A stretch of 64,000 nt of DNA from Pristiophorus japonicus (taxonomy: Eukaryota): assembly GCF_044704955.1 (NCBI RefSeq), contig NC_091984.1, positions 144,274,001-144,338,000 of the forward strand, in the 5' to 3' direction. The position numbers and the translations under genes were made by a program. The stretch's first letter is position 1. Every line of letters begins with the position of its first letter. The notes below the pieces were generated by a model. The model had not been told where the DNA came from. It did not search any database and worked only from the letters and a program-made list of their open reading frames with translations. Positions 38,608 to 50,428 of this stretch are shown here, piece by piece.

Positions 38608-39000
38608 ATAAAAACAGAAAATGCTGACAATACTCAGCAGGTCAGGCAGTAACTGTGCAGAAAGAAACATAGTTCACGTTTCAGGTCTGTCACCTTTCAA
38701 CAGAACTGGGAAATGTTTGAGATGGAACAGATTTAAAACCGGTGCAGAGGCAGAGAAAGTTGGGAGGGGAGGAAGGAAAGGGAAGGTCTGTGTTATGGTG
38801 CAAGGCATGAGTGGTTAAATCCTGCCTCTGCACCAGGTTAAAATCTGTCACATCTCTAACTTCTTCCAGTTCTGACGAAAGGTCACAGACCTAAAACGTT
38901 AACTTTGTTCCTCTCTCCACAGATGCTGGCTGACCTGCTGAGCAGTTCCAGCATTTTCTATTTTAGTTTCAGATTCCAGCATCCGCTGTATTTTGCTATT
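38608..39000. mobile_element. Penelope-like element ends in inverted arrangement (38608-38753 minus, 38820-39000 plus) with decayed minimal hammerhead cores
   Basis: The two segments are reverse complements; plus copy has agtt-CTGACGA-aaggtcacagacct-AAAA-cgtt-aact (38868-38904) and the tail tctccacagatgctggctgacctgctgag. Confidence 0.75.
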
Positions 39001-40199
39001 GTGAACCATTTTGTTCTAAAGTCCAAACAAGTCCCAGGAAAAATGTAAATATAGATTTACTCTTAAACGTTTAGTGGAATGTTAATAGAAACAATAATTG
39101 TGTAATGATGTGTATAAATTTCAGGAAGAAACTTTAGAAGAAACCAGTATTTGTTTATTGAGAAAGACACAGAAAATACTTTGATTAAACTGATCATGTA
39201 CAATTTCGATTTGATATATATCTTTAAAATAATAGATTAAACATTGGGAGTACAATGAAGTTTAATTGGGAAGTTTGCTGAATAATTTAACACGTCGTGG
39301 TAAAAGCACGGATGAATATTGTGCCGAATGTTTGAGAGAATAACATTAGAAGGAAAATTTATAAATAAACATCTTTACGTCACCATATTATAAACATTTC
39401 CAAGTCAGTCTGATTGGTTCTCCTGTCCAGGAAGAAAGATGCCTGTACATTTCTGTTCAATGATCGCTTTTCCTGCTTTTTGTTTTTAGTTTGGTGACAC
39501 ACTGTGTATGTGTTTTTCTGCACTGGTGAATAAGTGCTGCATTTCTGACATGTTACCTGGGGGGTGTGCTGGTTCAAGAAGACCACGTTTAATAATGGAA
39601 CTGATTGCAGTTGGAAATTCGCGTCCCGTTTTGATTCAATTATTTTTAATATCATGAACTAAAGAACTATGGCTTTATATTTGTTGGTTGTCTGTTTGCA
39701 TTGTGATGAATATTCTAATTACTTATGTGGACGTACAGCACGTCAGCACCATAGGAAAGGCCCTGCTCCGTATGTATGTGCAGCCGTTGCTATAGTGACA
39801 TCACGGAGGGGGCTCATACTTTGACCACTTTATAATTAATACAAATTGCTCGAATAGATATGCCTCTTTCAGTTCATCTTGTGCATTTCCATTGTTTGTC
39901 GATGCACAACCATGTAACTCAGTGACGTTTCTAAAGAGCTAGTGTATTATTATATCCCACTCATTTCTGACATGGTTTGACACAGGTTGAACATAACTTC
40001 TCTGCTTTTGAATTCTAATCCGCTAGAAATGAACTCCATTGTTTTATTTGCACTGTTATGGCCTTATTATCCTCCGTTGCTACTTTTAGTGATTTGTGTA
40101 TCTGTACTCATAGATCCCTTTGCACCTCGACACCATTTAGACTTATTTTCCAAGGGTCGGTAGGGTCCTTATCCCTCCTACCATTTTGCACCACCTCTC

Positions 40200-41130
40200 A
40201 GTAATTCGCTAAGCCTGTGTCAGCTCCGTCTAGTTTCTGAAGCCTACCCTGTCCCAGTGGATTGCGGGCGTTCCAATCACACTATCATGGGAATAGTAGT
40301 GAGGATGCCGGTCATGGATGGGACAGCCCGACCCTCACCGGTATACAGGGTGGAGAACACTGGGGTCATTCAAGGAGGTGCACATGTTCATTTCACAGCG
40401 TTCCCACCTATGACATAAAGTGGGTGCAAGCTAAGACAGATACTGACCTCTCTAGGTGCCGGAGCCGGGGTGCACACATAATACTGTGCCCCCAGCACTT
40501 GAACGCCTATTCCAAACCACAGTGCGGGTTTAAAGCTGCTGGCACACAACCTATCAACTGTACCATGGAGGTGATGGCACAAGTCCATGTTCCTCCACAG
40601 GTAGCATATATAGGGGGTGGGACATACTGTGTCACCACGAGTGCGCCCCACTACCAGCATGGATAGCACATTTGGTGTCCGGTGAGTGAAAGCATTTTCT
40701 GTTTTAAACCCGAGGCAGAAGTTCAAGTGGCTCAGGAACGGATTGTCCCCATTCCTGAACCCTCCTCTGTTCACCTCACTGTAAGTGACAACATAACAAA
40801 CCTGCAAGACTGTCGCATACTTTGGTTACGAGATTCCCCCCTCTACCCGAACATCTTACCGCCCTACTGAAAGCTGTAGAAGTATCACAGAAACATTTCT
40901 ATACTCTAGAACAAAAAACAGTTGAGATAGGGGGCGAGATTTCGGAAATCACAGTTCCACCTTGGTGGAATATTTTCAGAAATATAGAGGTCTCAGCCGG
41001 GATCAGAATAGCTTCCCACGTTTTAGTTGTCTGCCAGCTCGCGATTATTCTTTATCTATGGTGTACTACGTGCAGGGTGAGAGGCAGAGGTCATTGGTCC
41101 TGGCACCAGAGGGTGCTGGACGAGCCCTAG
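40200..41130 (+). pseudogene. Retroviral env C-terminal remnant (Cys-rich ectodomain, heptad, WW, TM)
   Basis: ORFs 40262-40666, 40682-40870, 40822-41130 ending PPWWNIF...HVLVVCQLAIILYLWC; lies upstream of a PPT and LTR. Confidence 0.65.
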
Positions 41131-41506
41131 CTGAACTTAAGGATTGTATCAGGGAGGGAAACACAAAATATGATAGAACACTGCAAAAGAATCGCAGTCG
41201 CCCGGTGAGGTCCGGTTTAGATTCCACCTGCTGTAAAAAAACGCAGAGGACAAGTGTTAAAAAGTTTGTCCTATGTGTGTTTTACTGTGTACTTTTTGTG
41301 AAACTGGAGTAATGGAGGGGCATTGGACCCTTCAATGCTGTAATGTGACTTATGACGGAATTTACCTGTAAACAGTAATACATCTCAAAGGAGAATGTAC
41401 GTTTGGGTTTAGCTAGGTAAATTACAGGGGCAGGTGGGCTCTCGGGAATCAGGAATTTTGTTCATTTAGGATGACACTCTGGGGCGAAGAGTGGTAAATG
41501 GGGGAT

Positions 41507-43235
41507 TGTAAGATTCCAAAATTCGTGGAAAGCCCGCCAGTGTTTGGACTCACTGAAAAGGAAATTAAGCAGGAAGTTTGGGATCCTGAAATGCCCATGG
41601 AAGAAATCTACGAATTTTAACCAAGTTTGGGATTTTAAAAAGGTGCATGTTGGGTCTGTGAGAAAAGGGCTGCAAGACCAGGGGTGGGTTCAACCTCTGA
41701 AAAACCCATTTGGATATTGGAGCTAATCAAGCTAATCAAGCTGTCTGGGGATATTGGAGCTAATCAAGCTGTCTGGGGATATTGGAGCTAATCAAGCTGT
41801 CTGGGGATATTGGAGCTAATCAAGCTGTCTGGGGATATTGGAGCTAATCAAGCTGTCTGGGGATATTGGAGCTAATCAAGCTGTCTGGGGATATTGGAGC
41901 TAATCAAGCTGTCTGGGGATATTGGAGCTAATCAAGCTGTCTGGGGATATTGGAGCTAATCAAATTGTCTGGGGATATTGGAGCTAATCAAATTGTCTGG
42001 GGATATTGGAGCTAATCAAATTGTCTGGGGAACTGTTTACTCTCAAACCTTCCCCCAGAAGACATTTACATTTCAACAATCGACCCAAGAAAGTACAGTT
42101 TCAATCCAAGCACAGGACCCATTCGACACATGCATAATGCCAATCACCTTTCCGGCCTGCATAGAAAGCTGGGTCACAGGCAGACAACTCAACATCAGAA
42201 ACTAGCTTTAACAATTGCGACTCGAAACCCACAGATAATTTTAACAATTGATGCATTTTCAATCCAGATACCGGTAACGAGCCCACCAAAACTTAAACAA
42301 AGAACCAAGGTTGATTTGGCGAGCAGATTAGGGATCTCACACAGTATAACTGGGGGCCAGTTTTTATAGTCAGGACTGCACTTTGCTTCTACAGCAGCCT
42401 CGTATGCTTCAGAGCTGGCAGACAACAAGATCAGCACACCAGCTTCGTTAACCTGGTTCTTCAGAACATCAACCAAGACAGGATCGCAAGTGACCAGGAC
42501 ATCAAGTACACCGTGGCAGCGAGAGGCTCATGAAACAACCACCAAGTTATTACCAGCAACCAAATTGGTAATATTGAGCCACCACGACCAACGATTTCAA
42601 AACCGAAGTCACCTCGACGAAAACCCGAAGATTTGAAAGCTGTTTCCACTCTACCAGCTATCCCTGAGCTACCAACGGGTACAACATTACCTAAAAGAAC
42701 TTTAAAAACTACTGCTGAAGGAAGAAAGTGGGTACTTAGCCCATAGATCCAATACGCACCCTACCGCATCAGCGGACACCACCCAACTGTGGAACACGCA
42801 GCAAGAAGTCCTCTCCTACGTTCTGGGTAGGGCTAGCAGAATCAACAACGCACCCCGAAACATGACCCATTACTGACTGTCAAGGAAGGGTTGGTGAGCA
42901 TTGTCCCTGAAGCCCCAGAGCCTAACTTAGTTAGAAAAGGGAATTGGGAGGTGGGCGGTATTGTACTGCTGTGTATACTCTTGTGTTTTAGTAAAGGATT
43001 CCCCATTAGAGTGATAAGTTTTCTCTCATTTAAAATGATAATTTTTCTCAGTTTTTAATAAAAGATGTATTCATTCTTCTTGAATAAAATCCATAACTTC
43101 TTTGGACAAGACGGTTGTCTGCTGCACTTTATCACACCCTGATTAATAAATCCAGGTTCGAGAACCAGGGAGTGGGAGCAACTCACAACCGCTCTGGGTC
43201 AGGAAGGCAAACTGACAGACACACCACCCTCAACA
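41507..43235 (+). mobile_element. Long 3' LTR (~1.73 kb)
   Basis: PPT AAATGGGGGA at 41496-41505, then TGTAAG; ends CAACA at 43235; several AATAAA at ~43057-43150. Confidence 0.7.
41712..42031. repeat. 28-bp tandem array, 11 units (ggggatattggagctaatcaagctgtct)
   Basis: Units 2-8 are identical; the last three carry caaattgtct. Confidence 0.97.
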
Positions 43236-45179
43236 CTCAGTAATGCCCCTCTGATAGTGCAGCACTCCCTCAGTACTGCCCCTCTGACAGTGCAGCACTC
43301 CCTCAGTACTGCCCCTCTGACAGTGCAGCACTCCCTCAGTACTGCCCCTCTGACAGTGCAGCACTCCCTCAGGACTGCACAGTGGTGTATGTCTTTATTT
43401 TACACTCAGGTCCCTGGAGTGGGGCTTGAACCCAAAATACAACATTGCATCATTGGATGCTGCACAGTCTGAGCTGTGAGTCATATCACGACCTCAGTTG
43501 GAACAGCTAACTCAGAACAAACAACAAATGCAACTTTTATACAGCACCTTTAACACAGTAAAACTCCCCGAGCGCTTCACAGAAGCATTATAGAATAAAG
43601 ATTGACAGCGAGCCACGTAAGGAGACATTGAAAATTGCAGCTCAGTCAAATTGTGAGGGAAATTGGCAGTGCTGTCTTCATATCAAAAGGGGGCGATGTT
43701 GGTTCTGAAAAGACCAAATTTTTGGACAATTTCTGTGTCACACAATTGATTGGTTTGTAAAACCCGTTTGTATCAAACCTCCAGTCAGGTTTGCAGAATC
43801 ATTTCCAGATCCCCACGTGTCATTTGATGGTGGATCTCAGCATGTATCTCCTCGTCCGCTCGTGAGGCGGTGTCTCAGACCGATTGGCAGGTCAGCAGCC
43901 ACTCCGCACTGCAGCGAGCATCGGCTGGCCATTCCACTGTGGGAGGCCTCACCGCGGAGCTCGGTGCACGGGGTATATCCACACAGAGACACTCTGCCGC
44001 CAGGTACAGCAGCAACAACCTGCATTGCTACAGCAACTGGAACATTAGAACAACATCCCGAGGCAGCTGACAGAGGCGTAATCTGGTCAAAGTGGTGCTG
44101 AGCCAAAAGGGGAGGGGCTGGGAGGATGATCAAAACCCTCAGTCACAGATTGGGTTTGAAGGGAGGTCTTAAAAGAGGAGAGGGGTGGAGTGGCAGAGAG
44201 GTTTAGGGAGCAGGGAGTTAGGGCCCAGGCAGCTGAAGGCACGGCCCCCAATGGAGAGGGAAGGGAAGGAGGGGATGGATAAGAAGCCTGAGCCAGATAC
44301 AGCGGCCCCTGAACACAACAACAACTTGCATTTATATAGCGAGTGTTGTGACAATGACAGACAGTGAGAATATAACCCTGATAATGTAACACAGTATTTG
44401 CAGCACTTGACACTGTGGGGAAAGCTTGTAATTTTAAATCCATGAGCTGTACATAAGCGAGAGCAGGACCTGTTTGTGGCTGGTGCGGAGATCACCACTT
44501 ACAGAAGGTAGTTACTGCAGGGAATTCAGGGCCACAGTGACCTCCTGGACTAGTTTCCATCGCCTGCTGGGGAGGGGCAGGGGGTGGGGTCAGAGAGGAG
44601 TTTCCCAGATTTATTTCCCCCAATGGGTTTTTTCCCTGGTTTTTCGCCTCTCCCAGGAGATCAGGTAGTTTTGGGTGGGGTGGAGAGTCTATACTGTGAT
44701 ACACAAGGTATCACAATTGTGTGGGACGGGCTGGATGGACCACAGGGTCTTTACCTGTCCGTCACTGTCCGTGGGTTTGGGTTTCAAAGATGTGGAGCTG
44801 AATTGGAAAGAAAGACTTGCATTTATATAGCGCCTTTCACCACCTCAGGACGTCCCAAAGCGCTTTACAGCCAATGAAGTACTTTTGAAGTGTAGTCACA
44901 GCGGTAATGGAGGAGACACAACAGACAGTTTGTGCACAGCAAGCTCCCACATGTAACTATGACCAAATAATGGGCCCAAATTGCGTATCGACCCGGTTGG
45001 GGCCGTAACTTTCCCTACGTTCAGGTCCCACCCCGGAAGCGAAATTGGGGTCACGGCCCCTGACAGGAAGTGGAGCGCAATGTGGTGTGCTGCACCTCCC
45101 CTGGGGGTGGGCTCGGGGGCCAGTGCCGGGCTGCACCATCGCGGCACCGACCCCGCCACATCAGCACAGAAAGGCCGAC

Positions 45180-48100
45180 CGGAGAACTTTTTTAGCCAGT
45201 ATGTAACACGCCCAACAAGGGAGGGGACGGTTCTTGACTTGGTTTTCGGGAATGAAGAGGGGCAGGTGGAAGGGGTATCAGTGGGAGAGCATTTTTGGTG
45301 CTAGTGATCATAATTCAGTTAGATTTAGGGTAGTTATGGAAAAGGACAAAGATAGACCAGGAATAAAAGTTCTCAGTTGGGGAAAAGCCAATTTTGCTGA
45401 GCTGAGATGAGATTTGGCCAAAGTAGACTGGAAACAGCTATTGAAGGTAAATCAGTGTCAGAGCAGTGGGAGGCATTCAAGGTGGAAATCCTGTGGTTTC
45501 AGAGAAAGTATGTTCCCTTAAAGCAAAAGGGTGGGACTAACAAATCTAGAGGCCCCTGGATGTCAAGGGAAATACAGTGTAAGATAAAGTAAAAAAGGGA
45601 GGCTTATGACAGATACCGAGGGCTCAATACTGCAGGAACTTTAGAGGAGTATAGAAAGTGCAGGAGTGCAATTAAAAAGGAAATTAAGAAAGCAAAGAGA
45701 GAGCATGAAAACATTTTAGCAAGTAAAATCAAGGAAAATCCAAAGATGTTTTATAAATACATTAAGAGCAAGTGGATTACTAAAGAAAGAGTAGGGCCTA
45801 TTAGAAATGTTGTGTCTCTGCACCTTGTTAAAAACTCACACGAGGCATGGGTATATCAGACACGGTCACTCTGTGACCTTCACTTTATTCCCATGACGAA
45901 AGAGTGCTGATCCTGGGTGGGACCTACCCTTTTAAACCTGGAAGCCCAGGTGAGGAGCTCACTCCCTGTGGTCAGGATGTGAATTACAAGGGTACAGGTA
46001 CAGTATGCATGAGTTACAGTTACATTCTTCTCGTCATTGCAAGATGGTGAAATACATGACAAAGGTAATCTGTGGTGTGGAGGCGTAAGACGTGGGTATG
46101 GATCTTAATGATTACTTTGCATCTGTTTTCACAAAAGAGAGGGGCGATGCAGACATTGTAATCAGGGAGGAGGAGTGTGAAATATTAGATGAAATAAACA
46201 TAGTGAGAGCGGAAGTATTAAGCGACTTAGTAGCTATGAACGTGGATAAATCCCCTGGCCCGGATGAAATGTATCCCAGGTTGCTAATAGAAGCAAAAGA
46301 GGAAATAGCAGAGGCTTAGACCGTCATTTTCCAATCCTCTCTGGCTACAGGTGTGGTATGAGAGGACGAGAGGTCTGCTAATATTGCACATTTGTTTAAA
46401 AAGGGGAAAGGGATAGAACAAATAATTACAGGCTAGTCAGCCTAACCTCGGTGGTGGGAAAATTATTCGAAAAAATTCTGACAGACAGCATAAATCTTCA
46501 TTCAGAAAGACACACCTTAATCAAGGACAGTCAGCATGGACTTGTTAAGGGAAGATTGTGTCTGATTAACTTAATTGAATTCATCGAGGAAGTAATCAGG
46601 AGGATCTCTGACGTCAGCACGTTTGATGTAGTGTATATGGATTTTAGCAAGACATTTGATAAGGTCTCACATGGCAGACTGGTCACGAAAGTAAAAGCCC
46701 ATGGGACCCAGGGCAAAGTGGCAAGTTGGATCCAAAATTGGCTCAGAGGCAGGAAGCAAAGGGTAATGGTTGATGGGTGTTTTTGTGACTGAAAGGCTGT
46801 TTCCAATGAGGTTCCGCAGGGCTCAGTACTAGGTCCCTTACTTTTTGTGGTATATATCAATGATTTAGACTTGAATGTAGGGGAATGATAAAGAAGTTTG
46901 CAGATGATGTGTAATGAGAATGGACTAATTAATAATCTTATTGTGCGAGGCCCCTTGGGGAAGAGTGACCATAATATGATAGAATTCTTTATTAAGATGG
47001 AGAGTGACACAGTTAGTTCAGAGCCTAGGGTCCAGAAATTAAGGAAAGGTAACTTCGATGGTATGAGACGTGAATTGGCTAGAATAGACTGGCGAGTGAT
47101 ACTTAAAGGGGTGACGGTGGATAGGCAATGGCAAACATTTAAATATCACATGGATGAAATTCAACAATTATACATCCCTGTCTGGACTAAAAATATAACG
47201 GGAAAGGTGGCTCAAACGTGGTTAACAAGGGAAATCCAAGGAAGAGGCATATTAATTGGCCAGATAAAACAGCAAACCTGAGGACTGGGAGAATTTTGTA
47301 ATACAGCAGAGGAGGACTAAGGGTTTAATTAGGCGGGGGAAAATAAGGTATGAAAAGAAGCTTTCTGGGAATATAAAAATTGACTGCAAAAGCTTCTATC
47401 GATAAGTGAAGAGAAAAAGATTAGTGAAAACAAATGTAGGTCCCTTGCAGTTAGATTCAGGTGAATTTATAATTTGGAACAAAGAAATGGCAGACCAGTA
47501 AAACAAATACTTTGGTTCTGTCTTCACGAAGGAAGACACAAATAACCTTCCGGAAATTCTAGCGGACTGAGGATTTAGTGAAAAGGAGGAACTGAAGGAA
47601 ATCCTTATTAGGCAGGAAATTGTGTTCGGGAAATTGATGAGATTGAAGGCCGATAAATCCCCAGGGCCTGATAGTCTGCATCCCAGAGTACATAAGGAAG
47701 TAGCCCTAGAAATAGTGGATGCATTGGTGATCATTTTCCAACAGTCTATCGAATCTGGATCAGTTCCTATGGAGTGGAGGGTAGCTAATGTAACACCACT
47801 GTGTAAAAAAGGAGAGAGAGAGAAAATGGGTAATTATAGACCGGTTAGCCTGACAGTAGTGGGGAAAATGTTGGAATCAATTATTAAAGATGAAATAGCA
47901 GCACATTTGGAAAGCAGTGACAGGATCAGTCTAAGTCAGCATGGATTATGAAAGGGAAATCATGCTTAACAAATCTTCTGGAATTTTTTGAGGACTAGTA
48001 GAATGGACAAGGGAGAACCAGTGGATGTGGTGTATTTGGACTTTCAAAAGGCTTTTGGCAAGGTCCCACACAAGAGATTGGTGTGCAATATCAAATCACA

Positions 48101-49090
48101 TGGTATTGGGGATAATGTACTGATGTGGATAGAGAACTGGTTGGCAGACAGGAAGCAGAGAGTTGGGATATACGGGTCCTTTTCAGAATGGCAGGCAGTG
48201 AATAGTGGGTTGTCGCAGGGCTCGGTGCTGGGACCCCAGCTCTTTACAATATACATTAATGATTTAGATGAAGGAATTGAGTCTAATATCTCCAAGTTTG
48301 CAGATGACACTAAACTGGGTGGCGGTGTGAGCTGTGAGGAGGATGCTAAAAGGCTGCAGAGTGACTTGGAAAGGTGACTTGATGAGTGGGCAAATGCATG
48401 GCAGATGCAGTATAATGTGGATAATTGGGAGGTTGTCCACATTGGGGGCAAAAACACGAAGGCAGAATATTATCTGAATGGCGGCAGATTAGGAAAAGGG
48501 GAGGTGCAACGAGACCTGGGTGTCCTGGTTCATCAGTCATTGAAAGTTGGCATGCAGGTACAGCAGGTGGTGAAGAAGGCAAATGGTATGTTGGCCTTCA
48601 TAGCTCGTGGATTTGAGTATAGGAGCAGGGAGGTCTTATTGCAGTTGTACAGGGCCTTAGTACACTGGAGTTTAGAAGGATGAGAGGGTGTCTCATAGAA
48701 ACTTATAAGATTCTGACAGGACTGGACAGGTTAGATGCGGGAAGAATGTTCCCGATAATGGGGAAGTTCAGATTCAGGGACACAGACTTCGGATAAAGGG
48801 TAGGCCATTGAGGACTGAGATGAGGAGAAACTTCTTCACTCAGAGCGTTGTTAACCTGTGGAATTCCCTCCCGCAGAGAGTTGTTGATGCCAGTTCATTG
48901 GATATATTAAAGAAGGAGTTAGATATGGCCCTTACGGCTAAAGGGATCAAGGGATATGGAGAGAAAGCAGGAAAGGGGTACTGAGGGAATGATCAGCCAT
49001 GATCTTATTGAATGATGGTGCAGGCTCGAAGGGCCGAATGACCTACTCCTGCACCTATTTTTTATGTTTCGATGTTTCTATGTTTCTATG
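45180..49090 (+). mobile_element. Fused CR1 remnants (mirrors of ~18103-19550 and ~13095-15430)
   Basis: Two RT stretches (46092-46900 and 47622-48683) joined at ~46907; (TTTCTATG)n tail at ~49065-49090. Confidence 0.88.
45808..46061 (-). mobile_element. Small solo LTR (254 bp), present only in the right arm
   Basis: TGTTGTG...CATGACA ends, minus-strand AATAAA at ~45884-45889; absent at the mirrored position (~18920). No clean TSD. Confidence 0.6.
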
Positions 49091-50428
49091 GGTCCAGAGC
49101 TGCATGCAGTACTCTAGCTGTGACCTAACTAGTGTTTTATACAGTTCAAGCATAACCTCCCTGCTCTTGTATTCTGTGCCTCGGCTAATAAAGGCAAGTA
49201 TTCCGTCTGCCTTTTTAACCATCTTATCGACCTGGCCTGCTACCTTCAGGGATATGTGGCCATGCACTCCAAGGTCCCTCCGTTCCTCCACCCCTCTCAG
49301 TACCCTCCCATTTATTGTGTATTCCCTTGCCTTGTTGCCCTTCCCCAAATGCATTAGAACAAGGCTGCAGCTAGAGCAGCCTTTCCACCCGCTGACAGTG
49401 CTCACTGAGTCTGACTCATGGAATCGATCAGCTGGACATTGATCTGGAAACACCAGCCCCCTGGTGAGGGAATCAAGGCTCTGATGCGACTGATAAAAGT
49501 CAAGATGAAATTGCGGAGAGGTACACAGCTACTGCTGGACACAATGAACAGGAGGAGGCCATTCAGTCCCTCGAGCCTGCTCCCCCATTCAATCAGATCA
49601 TGGCTCATCTGTATCTGAACTCTATCTACCCATCTTGGTTCCACAAGTTCCAAGGCCTATACTCTCTAGAGTTTAGAAGAATGAGAGGGGATCCCATTGA
49701 AACATACAGAATTCTGACAGGGTAGATGCAGGGCGGATGTTTCCTCTGGCTGGGGAATCTAGAACCAGGGGTCAAAGTCTCAGAATAAGAGGTCGGCCAT
49801 TTAGGACTGAGGTGAGGAGAAACTTCTTCACTCAGAGGGTGGTGAATCTCTGGAATTCTCTCCCCCAGAGGGCTGTGGAGTCTCAGGGGTCAAGTTTCAG
49901 GCCGCGCCTAGAACGGCGCAGCCCCGACATGGACGCCCGTTTTTCGTGCCTAAAAGTGCGACAAAAATGTACCTTGCAATTCTCGGGCTCCCTGCAGGTC
50001 CCTCGCAGCTCGGCGCGGCGCGCAGACATCAGCAGGGGGCGGAGCCACAGAGTCGCGCCAATTCTGCAAGTGCAGGGGGGCGGGGCTAAGTCAAATGAGA
50101 GAACGTCCTGCCGACAGCCCTGCGCCGTGCGTGTTGGAGCACGCACGCCCGCGCAGTAGCCCATAAACATTGGCACTCGGCCATTTTTAAAGGAACTTGA
50201 AGAAATGTGCTGGTTTGTCTCGTGGACCTCTGGAAAGGCTTAGGATTGAATTTTGGTGATTTTTTGGTGTCTGAAAGAGTACTCTTAGCAGCACTGTTGA
50301 AGAAATCACCTGCTGATATTAGTGAGTGCTGCTTTTCGCTGCTAAACTTCCAGAACAGGTGCTGCATAGGTGCATGCAAAATAAGGACTGTGTGTTTTGA
50401 AAAATAAGAGTTTCAATTCAATACAGCA

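Noticed and set aside
41340-41400. Minus-strand EMYYCLQ resembling a V-exon FR3 end
   Set aside because: No upstream V framework (first Cys, WYQQ) and no RSS; lies in ERV 3' sequence.
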